Origin: a virus
Lineage: Duplodnaviria > Caudoviricetes
Reading direction: 5' to 3' (one strand)
IMG/VR virus record: IMGVR_UViG_3300027971_000001
DNA length: 64,000 nt
Under the pieces are notes generated by a model that was given only the letters and a program-made list of their open reading frames with translations, was not told the origin of the DNA and made no database searches. The translations under genes and the position numbers were made by a program. Position 1 is the first letter of the stretch. Every line of letters starts with the position of its first letter. Shown here piece by piece: positions 28,034 through 37,816 of this stretch.

Positions 28034-31000
28034 TTATATTTCTGTCTGCAATTGAGGTATATCTTTTCTTATGGCTGTAAATGACCAGAAGAATTTATAT
28101 TCACTTTTGTCAAACAGTTTCTTCTCACACTTGACTGTGAATGTGTTGTTATTCACATCTATATCATCCACAAACAATGTTTTGTTATGTTGATAATTAG
28201 TTAATTGAATATTTACACCCTCTTGATGTACAAGGCTGAAAATATAATCAGGAAGCGGGACTACAACTGAGTCACCGCATTTCACAGATCCATTGCCGGT
28301 TAATCGAATACCATGGTAAGGAGATTCCAAGCTTCCATATTGCAAATGCATGTCAGGTTTGGTGGGATGTGGAATATAGAATGACTTGGTTGCTGCTGCC
28401 ACGTGATTGAAATATCCAATAGCTGAAGCACTGATATTACCAGTTACAGTTAAACCACTGCTGTTTACTCTTACACGCTCTGTACCTGCAATAGAAATTC
28501 CAATGTTGTTAGCGGCAGGTCTAAATAGACCTGAGTTGGTTTCATATCCAACATATACACTGGGAAATGCAGCACTACCATCAGCTGTTGTACCTATGAC
28601 CCTGTCTGAAAGTACTCCCAGACTGGAAATATCCAGATTAGTATAGTTGTTTCTGGTATTGATACGGATACCATCACCGTCGCCAGTCAGGTATATGCCG
28701 CTATTGAAGTTAGTACCACTCAAAATAATGGCTGGGCTAGATGAAGAACCAGCTGTAGTTAGCACTATTTTTGGAGTGCTTAGTGTACCAGTCATGGTAT
28801 CACCAGACAGTTTTACAAAGTTTGTGTTTACATAAGAAGTGCTGGCCCCGGATAGATAATTGGCACTATTATTAACAAGATTGGTATACGCAGTATTCCA
28901 TTGATTGCTATTACCGCCAGAAGCAAACATAGTACCAGAAGCACTAAGACTACCGGTTACAGTTAGACTATTATTATTAACTTCTAAAACATTAACACGA
29001 TTTGTATCGCCGCCTCCTGCACCAACCACAAACAATGCATTATTGTTTGGGTTATTATATTTTCCTACAACTGCTTGATAAGGTGTGCTGCTGAGTGAAA
29101 TCAATCCTTCTCCACCCAAAGCCACCGAGTTGTCGCTGTAAACTGCATTATAATCACCCGCAAACGTACCAGACTTTTTGCCAAGTACAGCTCCGCGATA
29201 TCCCAAACCATATGAGAAATCACCATATACTTCAGAGTTACCCAAGCCAACACATTTAACCATTCCACCGCTCAAGAAATTAGTACCATCAAAGTACCAA
29301 GGTTCCCGTTCAAAGTAAAATCCGGTGGTACCAAATGTGGGGCGGTGCACTGTGTCTTGAGTGCCACCATATAACAACCATCCAGCATTTCCTGCAGCAC
29401 TTATGGGCCAGAATCTATTTTCAAATCCATATGAATCCATCAGATTGCACAATGCAAACTCCATGTCTGCTCCACTCACATTGATGACATAAGCATCAAA
29501 GTAACCAGTACGAACACCAGTAGGAAATGTGCCTTGTGCAAATGTATAAATTTTATCAGATGTGATGAAACCTGTACCTATTGGAGATGTGGATGGCATG
29601 GCAGTGGGTATCCACAGTGTCAGTGGTGAACCAGGTTTGAATCCGGAAAGAATAGATGATGTTGAGAAGCGAGCCAATGCATGCTTGGTCATGTTCCGAT
29701 AACATCCAGTAATACCCACATATTGTGTGCTGGGATTGCTTCCTACCTGACTGGTAATTAGACTAACACCTGGATTACCACCATTAGTTCGTGATTGCAG
29801 ATTTACAGCTTGAATACCTTTTTGAGCCGGTACCCAGTTACTACCTGAGCCAATAAAGAAATCAAACTGAAATGCGGAAAGACTTCCGCCATTTGATGAA
29901 ACTTGAGTACATTGTGAATTGTAAATAACAGCTACAAGACCGACAAGACCTGGATTCAATGTTACACCCACAACAGAACCGGGAGTTATCAAATTATAAT
30001 TACCTGCACCGAAAGTAGTATCCAATAAAATAACAACACCAGATACTCTGTCTGTGTTGGTTACAAGGCTGGCATTTCTGGTATCAAAATAACCACTTGT
30101 TGCAGCAATTGTAGTGCTGATTTGATATTGAGGAAGAGTGTGAACTAAAAATCTTTGAGTGTATGTGTTGCTACCATAATTATATACATTAAGACTTCCA
30201 CCATTTGTCATTTGCCATGATTGTGTACTGTTGCTGGGTGCTCCTTGCCATTGAACGTGATTATGATCAGACCCTGCTGTGAAGTTGTTAATACCAGCAC
30301 GGAATGACATGGCATGGGTTACTGCAGCGCGTCCATCACTCACAAAAGTGGTACCTGGATCCATTTGATCAACACCTTGGAGCCACATTCCATAGGTACC
30401 AAACCCAGGTAAGTTTCTTATGATATTATCATATGTTGGTGCGTGACCTTTGATAATAAAGCCACCCGGAGATGCAAACGTACCCAAAGAATCAAAATAC
30501 AAAGAATTGTCAGTAAGTGTGGAACTTAATGCTACATAAGATGAATTTTTTACAAATGTGGCAAAGCTGGGTGAAAAGAGATTACCACCAGAACCTACAC
30601 TCAAAGTACCCGTCATGGTATCGCCAGATATCTTTACAAAGTTTGTGTTTACATATGAAACGCTTGCTCCACTAAGATAATTGGCACTGTTATTAACAAG
30701 ATTGGTATAAGCAGTGTTCCAGTTGGCACTGTTCTGAGTTATTGCTGTGCTGTTAAAACCACTTAAATACGCAGCACTGTTATAAATCAGATTTGTATAA
30801 GCAACGTTCCAGTTAGCACTGTTACTATGAACCAATAAATTTACCGCTGCATCACCACCACCGCCACCGCCACCTGAAAAAATATCCAAAAGATCAATAC
30901 CACCAGATAAGATATGGCCATTGACATTCAGATTTCCGTTCATGGTACCGCCATTAGCATATTGAGTAGCTACCGATCCTCCTCCCCCTCCAAGATCCAG

Positions 31001-32443
31001 TATACGTTTGGCATAACCCATGGTGTCTTCTGCCACCCGTTTAACTTGAGAATCTGTATATTTTTTGCTTAAAGAAAGAATATCATTCTTTGCCTCCATC
31101 AACAATTGACCATCCTTGGGCAATTGATCCAATTTTTCCTGAACAAGTTTTATTTTTTCATCAAGAGAAGGTGTTCTTTCATTCAATTCACTTACGGTTT
31201 TTTCCAGTAATTCCTTTAAATCCTGTACATTTTTATTGAAATCTTTTTGAAGAGAGGATCTTTCTTTGGATATGAATTTGTTGATTTCATCACCAACATC
31301 TGTTTTCTTTTTTTCCAAATATTCATTTACAATATTTTCATTGGTGCTGTTTATTTCTTGAATTAGTTTTTCTTTGTATTGTTGAAGATCCACAACAAAC
31401 TTTTCATCAAACAGTTTTTTAAGTTCATCAGATTTATCAACAATTTTGGATACAAAGTCCTCTCCTTTGTTTTCTAATAACTCAATCAATTCAGTCTTGC
31501 GTTCATCAATTCGTTCTTCAATAAAAATTTTTAGTTTTTCAATGCTATCATTTTCTATATTTTTAATTTTTGTATTGAAGTCTTTTTTAATTTCGTTTGT
31601 TTGTTCAACAAATACACTTTGTATAGAATCGTTGTAATCTTGAATTTTTTCGTCAATTATATCTTGTTTGGTTTTTAAATTTGTATCGAGAATTTTTTGT
31701 AATTTTTCAAGATTTTTTCTGTTAAAATCTTCCAATACTATTTTGATATCCTTACCATGAATTTGTTTTTGCTCATCCAATTCATTTTCAAAATTCTTTA
31801 GATTTATACTAAGCTTTTCTTTGATTGTATTTTCTTGTTTTTCTGAAACATTTAAAAATTCTTGAAGAAGACTTTGCTTATAATCATTAATCTTCTCTTC
31901 TATGATTCTTTCATTTTTTACAATCTGTTTTTGCTCTTCCAGTTCTTTTCTTTCCTTAACAAGTCTTGCTTTTTCCTCTATCAGACTCTGCTCAAGTTGT
32001 TTTGCTTTCCGGATATATTCCTGATCCTGTTTTATTTTGTTTATGCTTTCAGAAACATCCAAGGGTTTTGCAGGTTTGACCTGTGCTTTACTAGTTTCAA
32101 CTATCAGTTGTTTCTTTTCAGGAAGCTTGAATGAATCCGCAACAGATGTTTCACCTTTTGGATTAAAGGTTGAAAATGGAGTTTCTCCTTTTTCATTTAA
32201 AATTACCTGAAACTTTACATTTTTGTATGTTTGACCATCCGGAGTAGTAACATCCGTAATAATATATTTTTTATTATTTTCAGTTACGTATTTATGTACA
32301 AAATCTTTATCCTTTGTGCTAAAATTGCCTGTTTCAAACAGTTCATCTCTAAAGCTTTTACAAAATATAACATTTTGACCATTAACATCTTGTATAAGAT
32401 TAATGGGTATTCGTTTATCTAAAACTACCTTGATATGATCCAC
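28034..32443 (-). CDS. Coiled-coil / tail fibre fusion protein
   Basis: About 400 aa K/E-rich coiled coil, poly-Gly hinges, fibre repeats, C-terminal KSFYIPHP...YGSLESP domain; GTG start 5 nt after TAAATA. Confidence 0.75.
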   Translation of the reverse strand: MDHIKVVLDKRIPINLIQDVNGQNVIFCKSFRDELFETGNFSTKDKDFVHKYVTENNKKYIITDVTTPDGQTYKNVKFQVILNEKGETPFSTFNPKGETSVADSFKLPEKKQLIVETSKAQVKPAKPLDVSESINKIKQDQEYIRKAKQLEQSLIEEKARLVKERKELEEQKQIVKNERIIEEKINDYKQSLLQEFLNVSEKQENTIKEKLSINLKNFENELDEQKQIHGKDIKIVLEDFNRKNLEKLQKILDTNLKTKQDIIDEKIQDYNDSIQSVFVEQTNEIKKDFNTKIKNIENDSIEKLKIFIEERIDERKTELIELLENKGEDFVSKIVDKSDELKKLFDEKFVVDLQQYKEKLIQEINSTNENIVNEYLEKKKTDVGDEINKFISKERSSLQKDFNKNVQDLKELLEKTVSELNERTPSLDEKIKLVQEKLDQLPKDGQLLMEAKNDILSLSKKYTDSQVKRVAEDTMGYAKRILDLGGGGGSVATQYANGGTMNGNLNVNGHILSGGIDLLDIFSGGGGGGGDAAVNLLVHSNSANWNVAYTNLIYNSAAYLSGFNSTAITQNSANWNTAYTNLVNNSANYLSGASVSYVNTNFVKISGDTMTGTLSVGSGGNLFSPSFATFVKNSSYVALSSTLTDNSLYFDSLGTFASPGGFIIKGHAPTYDNIIRNLPGFGTYGMWLQGVDQMDPGTTFVSDGRAAVTHAMSFRAGINNFTAGSDHNHVQWQGAPSNSTQSWQMTNGGSLNVYNYGSNTYTQRFLVHTLPQYQISTTIAATSGYFDTRNASLVTNTDRVSGVVILLDTTFGAGNYNLITPGSVVGVTLNPGLVGLVAVIYNSQCTQVSSNGGSLSAFQFDFFIGSGSNWVPAQKGIQAVNLQSRTNGGNPGVSLITSQVGSNPSTQYVGITGCYRNMTKHALARFSTSSILSGFKPGSPLTLWIPTAMPSTSPIGTGFITSDKIYTFAQGTFPTGVRTGYFDAYVINVSGADMEFALCNLMDSYGFENRFWPISAAGNAGWLLYGGTQDTVHRPTFGTTGFYFEREPWYFDGTNFLSGGMVKCVGLGNSEVYGDFSYGLGYRGAVLGKKSGTFAGDYNAVYSDNSVALGGEGLISLSSTPYQAVVGKYNNPNNNALFVVGAGGGDTNRVNVLEVNNNSLTVTGSLSASGTMFASGGNSNQWNTAYTNLVNNSANYLSGASTSYVNTNFVKLSGDTMTGTLSTPKIVLTTAGSSSSPAIILSGTNFNSGIYLTGDGDGIRINTRNNYTNLDISSLGVLSDRVIGTTADGSAAFPSVYVGYETNSGLFRPAANNIGISIAGTERVRVNSSGLTVTGNISASAIGYFNHVAAATKSFYIPHPTKPDMHLQYGSLESPYHGIRLTGNGSVKCGDSVVVPLPDYIFSLVHQEGVNIQLTNYQHNKTLFVDDIDVNNNTFTVKCEKKLFDKSEYKFFWSFTAIRKDIPQLQTEI
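28785..30721. repeat. 116-bp direct repeats (28785-28900 and 30606-30721) within the fibre gene
   Basis: 17 mismatches over 116 bp by manual alignment; offset 1821 bp = 607 codons. Confidence 0.85.
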
Positions 32444-32480
32444 TTGGTTATTTATATATTTTATTCATGTTTCAAGGCTA

Positions 32481-32508
32481 TTGACATTATATCTTAATAG
32501 TTTATAAA
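32481..32508 (+). promoter_or_regulatory. Sigma70-type promoter
   Basis: TTGACA-N16-TATAAA, with the ATG at 32515. Confidence 0.6.
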
Positions 32509-32514
32509 AGAATC

Positions 32515-32670
32515 ATGAGTGAAACATTTAAGGTAAAAAAACACAAAGATGGTGGTTGGGAAATCTTTGGAATAGATTCCAAAACCAAAACAGAAATGCA
32601 AATTGGTTATATCGGAGAAAATCTTCCTGTGGAAGCTTATGCGCCTCCTGGTTCTCAAATTCAAAAATGA
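32515..32670 (+). pseudogene. Small ORF interrupted by an apparent single-base frameshift near the start
   Basis: ATG AGT GAA then another frame reads NIKVKKHKDGGWEIF...QIQK*; its stop overlaps the next ATG. Confidence 0.4.
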
Positions 32671-32798
32671 GATGGATGGTGCTGGCTTTGACTTTTGCAT
32701 TGGCTGGCTGTTCTACAACCGCTAATTCCAAAAAAAGAATGGGTCCGGGAATGCATGAAGATTCCCAGGATTTACGGGTGGGTGGATATGTTAACTGA
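32667..32798 (+). CDS. Small lipoprotein
   Basis: MRWMVLALTFALAGC lipobox. Confidence 0.55.
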   Translation: MRWMVLALTFALAGCSTTANSKKRMGPGMHEDSQDLRVGGYVN

Positions 32799-32799
32799 T

Positions 32800-32825
32800 A
32801 TCCTTATATAATTTCTTATAAGGAT
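32800..32825. terminator. Hairpin between convergent genes
   Basis: ATCCTTATA-8 nt-TATAAGGAT, 9-bp stem. Confidence 0.35.
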
Positions 32826-32887
32826 TATCGCCAAAATAATCGTTCAGATCTTCAGCATATTCATCATTATCAAATGATGATAACGGT

Positions 32888-33325
32888 TCATTTACTGTTG
32901 TCATAATCATCCCAGTTTTGTTTTTTGTCGCCGTAATATTCCCGGGCATATTTGTTTTCCAATAGTAGTTGTCGAAGACTTTTACCGTCCATTATAACAT
33001 CGCCCAGCAATCTTCCTCCATACTTGTCCCAGGATAACACTTTAATTTTAATATCTTTGGCATTTTGCAAAAGATTCTTTGTGAAAGAACTGGCCTGTTC
33101 CCCCATCTTTCTTTCATGATCATCTTGCGCCCTCCATCCTTTTTCAGGTGTATCCACACCATATACCCTGATATATAAATGATTACTCAGTTCAACTGGT
33201 AAAAAGTCTACCTGCACTTCCACAGTATCGCCATCCACGGCTTTTATCACTTTCCATGAGTAAAGATTGTCTGGTTCAGCATGACATAAGCATGCAAAAC
33301 CTATTATTAACAAAAACTTTTTCAT
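32888..33325 (-). CDS. Thermonuclease (SNase family) with signal peptide
   Basis: VDGDTV, RVYGVDTPE, DKYGGRLLG motifs. Confidence 0.92.
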   Translation of the reverse strand: MKKFLLIIGFACLCHAEPDNLYSWKVIKAVDGDTVEVQVDFLPVELSNHLYIRVYGVDTPEKGWRAQDDHERKMGEQASSFTKNLLQNAKDIKIKVLSWDKYGGRLLGDVIMDGKSLRQLLLENKYAREYYGDKKQNWDDYDNSK

Positions 33326-33358
33326 TATTAATTATTTACAAAATAACTAAATAATAGA

Positions 33359-34198
33359 GTGAGGTTCGAACAATTATTATATAAAAATTATTTGGCTATT
33401 AATGAGGATACATTCTCGTCTGAGAACGATTGTACACTACTCAGCATTTCTAAACCGAATAGCAAAATACCGTTTTATAACCTAAATCTTCCGGCTGGTT
33501 ATACTTGTCCGTTTGCTGACAAATGCTTGAGCAAAGCAGATCGGGAAACAGGTAAAATCAAAGAAGGTGAAAAAGGTGAAGATGAGTACCGTTGCTATGC
33601 AGCTTCACAAGAAGCTGTTTATTCCAACACAAGAAATCAACGCCACAATAATTTTGATCTGCTTCTTTCCAAAAAAACATCAGATGAAATGGCAGATTTG
33701 ATCGTAGATTCTATTCAAGCTGAAATACCTATGCGGGAAAAGATTTTCCGTATTCATAGCAGTGGAGACTTTTTTAACCTGCAATATCTACAAGCTTGGA
33801 TCAAAGTGGCGGAACGCATGCCCAATATAAAATTTTATGCTTATACCAAAAGCATTCCGTATTGGGTTGCTTTAAAAGATCAAATACCAAACAATCTTAT
33901 CCTGACAGCATCTTTAGGAAGCAAACATGACAAATTGATCATGGATAATAATTTAAAATATTCAGTAGTTGTGTTTAGTAATGAAGAAGCTGAAAATTAT
34001 GTGTTGCCCAAATATTGGCAGGAAAAGCTTGGTCGAGAAAAAGGTTTGGTGGTTGATCATGATGACCATATGGCATATGAAAACAACGAACCGTTTGCAT
34101 TGTTGATACATGGTGTTCAACCCAAAGGGACGGTGGCAGCTGCAGCTTTAAAGAAATTGGGTGGTATTGGTGGTATCAGCAGTTACAGCAAGAAATAA
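33359..34198 (+). CDS. GP88-like protein (radical-SAM-like Fe-S candidate)
   Basis: LNLPAGYTCPFADKC...CYA, FRIHSSGDF, FYAYTK motifs. Confidence 0.7.
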   Translation: MRFEQLLYKNYLAINEDTFSSENDCTLLSISKPNSKIPFYNLNLPAGYTCPFADKCLSKADRETGKIKEGEKGEDEYRCYAASQEAVYSNTRNQRHNNFDLLLSKKTSDEMADLIVDSIQAEIPMREKIFRIHSSGDFFNLQYLQAWIKVAERMPNIKFYAYTKSIPYWVALKDQIPNNLILTASLGSKHDKLIMDNNLKYSVVVFSNEEAENYVLPKYWQEKLGREKGLVVDHDDHMAYENNEPFALLIHGVQPKGTVAAAALKKLGGIGGISSYSKK

Positions 34199-34211
34199 TA
34201 TAAATATTAAT

Positions 34212-34436
34212 ATGGGCTGGGAATACTTTTTAATCGGTATTGGAATACTTGGATGTGTATTTTTGGCTGTTTGTAAGTTTCTTTTTTCAAAAGACAATGA
34301 AAATCTTGATGTGTATTACACCAAAGAAGTACAGGAAACTGAGGAATTTTTACAAGCCAAACAAGTGTTTGTCAGGGATCCTAGTGAATATCACGACAAG
34401 GATAAAGATGGTGTGGATGATATTTTGGAAAACTAA
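34212..34436 (+). CDS. Small membrane-anchored protein
   Basis: Likely start MGWEYFLIGIGILG; N-terminal TM. Confidence 0.5.
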   Translation: MGWEYFLIGIGILGCVFLAVCKFLFSKDNENLDVYYTKEVQETEEFLQAKQVFVRDPSEYHDKDKDGVDDILEN

Positions 34437-34748
34437 CTATTGCTTTTCAAAACAATCTTTACCGGCTTGATGCTCAAAAGTCAATAATCCGCAACGGGCA
34501 GATTTGATATTGGTACAAACTCCATAATCGCAGTCAATCTGTGTTTTTATATTATATAAAGGTCTGAAATGTTTGCATCCACAACTGCAATCAGGATAAT
34601 CTTCTTTTTCGTTTTCCCAACGTTTCACCTTTCCCCACGGCAAATAATCAGTTGCCCGTTTGCAAAGAACGGTTTGAAGGTTTAATTCTGGTTTGTTTAT
34701 ATTATTTGGTTTCAGAATTTCCAGAATCTTCTTCATCCGTATCCTCAT
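34437..34748 (-). CDS. Cys-rich phage hypothetical protein
   Basis: DCSCGCKHF...GVC...GLLTFEH. Confidence 0.6.
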   Translation of the reverse strand: MRIRMKKILEILKPNNINKPELNLQTVLCKRATDYLPWGKVKRWENEKEDYPDCSCGCKHFRPLYNIKTQIDCDYGVCTNIKSARCGLLTFEHQAGKDCFEKQ

Positions 34749-34908
34749 CGTTATAATCCTCTACTGCATCATGTAATATGATTTGAATAAGAAAAAATAC
34801 TGCCAATGCCCACCACCAACCGCTTACAGGATTTTCTTTAATGAAAGTCACATAAGCAAAAAGTCCCATGACAAAACAAGCCAGAAATGTTGCACTCCAT
34901 GTTCTCAT
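34702..34908 (-). CDS. Two-TM small membrane protein
   Basis: Two hydrophobic helices and an acidic tail. Confidence 0.6.
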   Translation of the reverse strand: MRTWSATFLACFVMGLFAYVTFIKENPVSGWWWALAVFFLIQIILHDAVEDYNDEDTDEEDSGNSETK

Positions 34909-35243
34909 AGTTTTTTTCTCCTTTTAACATGGATATGGTTGATCATAGTATTTGCCATGTCAATCACACCATTAACATAACCAGAGTTTACATTATTATA
35001 CATACACAACAAACCAAACTTTTCTTTCACCTGAGTAAATTCCACTTGAGGGTATTTGTCAGAAATATGTTTATTATTGTCAGTCATGGTTTGAATACAT
35101 TGACAAGCAGCATATATCACATCAAACCATTCATCCGGACATTCAATGCCCCAACACATGCAGGTCACACTCATGTCTTCATCTTTTTGAGCAAACAACT
35201 TGGGAAAATCTTTAAACAGTTTGTCTTGTAATTCTTGTTTCAT
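34905..35243 (-). CDS. Phage hypothetical protein
   Basis: WGIECPDEW...QVKEKFG motif. Confidence 0.7.
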   Translation of the reverse strand: MKQELQDKLFKDFPKLFAQKDEDMSVTCMCWGIECPDEWFDVIYAACQCIQTMTDNNKHISDKYPQVEFTQVKEKFGLLCMYNNVNSGYVNGVIDMANTMINHIHVKRRKKL

Positions 35244-35548
35244 AATGCTTCCACAAGTTCTTCTTCATTCACATTTTCAAATTCCACCTCTTCAAGAGGA
35301 GCAAATCGTTCACTGTTGAAACCCAGTTCCTGGGGTCCACTTTTACAGGTGGGATCAATTGGATTTTTTACTTCATTCAAAATAATACCCACGCTTCCTC
35401 CGTCTTTGTCTTTAAGATCTTCTTTTCCTATATAAACATCTCGAACAGTGTATGTGATATCCTTTTTAGGCAATTGAGCATACAATTTATAAACCCAAGC
35501 TTCAAAAGCATCGTTTATGCATACAACCTGTTGACCTTTCATAAACAT
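35240..35548 (-). CDS. Hypothetical protein
   Basis: TTGACA-N16-TACTAT promoter ends 6 nt before the ATG. Confidence 0.7.
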   Translation of the reverse strand: MFMKGQQVVCINDAFEAWVYKLYAQLPKKDITYTVRDVYIGKEDLKDKDGGSVGIILNEVKNPIDPTCKSGPQELGFNSERFAPLEEVEFENVNEEELVEAL

Positions 35549-35618
35549 GAAAGGATAGTATCAAAATGTTTTATTTTGTCAACAGATTGAATTAATAAAA
35601 AGAATGATAAGATAAATC

Positions 35619-36602
35619 ATGATTAAACACGTAGACATAGTATTTGGACTTTGTTGGGGAGATGAAGGTAAAGGAAAGATAACTTACAATCTCTCAAAGA
35701 ATTATGATTATGTCTGCAGATGGAATGGGGGAAGCAATGCAGGTCACACCATTTATAAAGATGGTAAAATGTATAAAACCCATCTTGTACCTTCTGGTAT
35801 TTTCAATGAAAAGAAATGTATTATTGGTCCCAACTGTATTGTGCATCCTGAATCATTTTACAAGGAAATCGAATATCTTAAAGATGTGGGTGTGGATACA
35901 CATCTCATCAAGATTGCGCCAAATGCCCATGTTATCACAGACAAGCATATTGAATATGACAACAAACATTTAAAGGAAAAGCTTGGAACAACCGGTAAAG
36001 GTATTGCTCCATGTTATTCTGATAAAATGCTTCGTTGCGGAACTCTTGCCAAAGATGCAATTGATGCAAAATATATCTGGGATGGTGAATTGAAAGGGAA
36101 CGTTCTTTGTGAAGGTGCCCAATCATTCTGGCTAGACATTAACTTTGGTGTTTATCCTTATGTTACCAGCAGTGAAACCCTTCCTTATGCTGCTTGTAGT
36201 CTTGGATTTTCACCTCGCAAGATCCGGGATATCATAGGCGTTTGTAAGGCATATGATACCAAGAGTGGTTTGGATCCAAGATTCCCGGAAGATTCAGTCA
36301 AGGATCCAATGTTCAGCAAAATCATTGAAATCGGACATGAATATGGAACAACCACGAACCGCAAGCGCAAGGTGAATTGGCTGAATCTTACTCTTCTTAA
36401 TTATGCGATTGAGAAATCAGGCTGTGACATCATTTACAGCAACAAATGGGATGTGCTGGATAAGGTTAAAATGTATAAAATTATTCACAATCACACTGTG
36501 ATTGAATTAGAGAACAAGGAAAAAATGATTCAATTCTTCCAGGAGAATTTATCTAAAGAAATTAAGAAGATTCATTATTCGGCGGATCCTGAAAATATCT
36601 GA
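35619..36602 (+). CDS. purA: Adenylosuccinate synthetase, short form
   Basis: WGDEGKGK, NGGSNAGHT, GTTGKGIAPCY, EGAQ, EYGTTTNRKR motifs. Confidence 0.95.
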   Translation: MIKHVDIVFGLCWGDEGKGKITYNLSKNYDYVCRWNGGSNAGHTIYKDGKMYKTHLVPSGIFNEKKCIIGPNCIVHPESFYKEIEYLKDVGVDTHLIKIAPNAHVITDKHIEYDNKHLKEKLGTTGKGIAPCYSDKMLRCGTLAKDAIDAKYIWDGELKGNVLCEGAQSFWLDINFGVYPYVTSSETLPYAACSLGFSPRKIRDIIGVCKAYDTKSGLDPRFPEDSVKDPMFSKIIEIGHEYGTTTNRKRKVNWLNLTLLNYAIEKSGCDIIYSNKWDVLDKVKMYKIIHNHTVIELENKEKMIQFFQENLSKEIKKIHYSADPENI

Positions 36603-36770
36603 TTTGTTTTTTCTGCGATTAATCTCATCAAGAATTATTACCTGTACTTCACATAGATAACTCTTGGGTATGCAACTGCCATCCCCATTTTCAATTTTTT
36701 GATCTTGCCATGCTTGGGCAATACCTAACCCAAAATATATTGTCTCAAGTTGTTCTGTTGTAACCTTCAT
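36549..36770 (-). CDS. Hypothetical protein
   Basis: ORF track; TTGACA...TATCCT promoter 6 nt before the ATG. Confidence 0.5.
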   Translation of the reverse strand: MKVTTEQLETIYFGLGIAQAWQDQKIENGDGSCIPKSYLCEVQVIILDEINRRKNKSDIFRIRRIMNLLNFFR

Positions 36771-36791
36771 CCCTACAGGATACCAGAACTA

Positions 36792-37016
36792 TTATTTTGT
36801 CAATCTATCTATCCACTTAGTCCTATGATTACAAACCCAATCCAAAAGAGCCCGTTCAAACCCTACATCCCTTCCTTCCCGTTCACTCATATACCATTTA
36901 TTTTTTAAAATCTCTTCCCTTTCTTCTGAGAATCTTTTATATAAATCAGAGTTTTTAATCATTTCTGAAATTCCACCTATCACACCAGCACCGCCACTTT
37001 GATTGCTTATATACAT
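36792..37016 (-). CDS. DUF4032-like small protein
   Basis: SDLYKRFSEEREEILKNKWYMSEREGRDVGFERALLDW. Confidence 0.7.
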   Translation of the reverse strand: MYISNQSGGAGVIGGISEMIKNSDLYKRFSEEREEILKNKWYMSEREGRDVGFERALLDWVCNHRTKWIDRLTK

Positions 37017-37186
37017 ATTTACTCACTTTTTCTTCAAAATTATACCTTTGCAGTCTATTTTTGTAAATTTATTGGGTTGACCGATATAATATAAAAGTTT
37101 CACAACATCTTTCAGCTCTTCCACTTCTTTTTCAAGCTTGGTAATTCGTTCCAGAATCTTTTCTTTCTTTAGATTCACTTTAAGAT

Positions 37187-37816
37187 TTAATATAAAATCT
37201 TTTGTTCCAGTTTAAACAATAAACTGGGAATTCTTTGGCTATATTTATGGGCCAATCTTAAAGCTAATTTTACAGGCTTGTTATAAACATTATTCAAGAT
37301 TTTATAAGATAGTTTGCTTACCTTTTCGCTATGAAGTCGCATTTCTTCTGCCCACTTATGTTCCACCATTAATCTTTCAGAGTAAGTCGTATCATCTTCT
37401 CGTTTAGCATTTACCAATTTTATGCTTTTAACTTTTCCTTTGATTACATTGGCTTTATAATCAATGCTGTAATAACGACCATCTTGCTTTGCTTTTTCAT
37501 AAGCATAAAACTCCACATCACCCGTATGATTTGTTTTTTCCCATATTCTGCTGTTTACTTTTAATCGAAAAGATCCGAATTGTTTACCATATGTTTTAAT
37601 ATCCTGCTTTTTTTCTTCAGGAGTGCTGTCCCGGTATTCAATACGTTCCACAAACAAATCTCCGTTCTTTTTAATTGTATAGGTAAGAAGTGCATTTTCC
37701 AAATCTTTGGTTTGATATTCCAATCGTGTCAGATCGAAATCCTTTCCCAGAAATTTTTCAATCAGCTTGTTTGTAGGCAACTTGGTTTCTACTTTGATGG
37801 TGTCGAACATTCCCAT
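37187..37816 (-). CDS. Phage hypothetical protein
   Basis: MGMFDTI...YQTKD motif. Confidence 0.7.
   Translation of the reverse strand: MGMFDTIKVETKLPTNKLIEKFLGKDFDLTRLEYQTKDLENALLTYTIKKNGDLFVERIEYRDSTPEEKKQDIKTYGKQFGSFRLKVNSRIWEKTNHTGDVEFYAYEKAKQDGRYYSIDYKANVIKGKVKSIKLVNAKREDDTTYSERLMVEHKWAEEMRLHSEKVSKLSYKILNNVYNKPVKLALRLAHKYSQRIPSLLFKLEQKILY

Noticed and set aside
17851-32443. Diversity-generating retroelement acting on fibre repeats
   Set aside because: No reverse transcriptase in the window, and mismatches between repeats are not adenine-specific
35619-36602. PurZ (2-aminoadenine, Z-genome) interpretation
   Set aside because: The motif is GDEGKG with the canonical Asp, not the Ser of PurZ; no dATPase or MazZ-like neighbours were recognised
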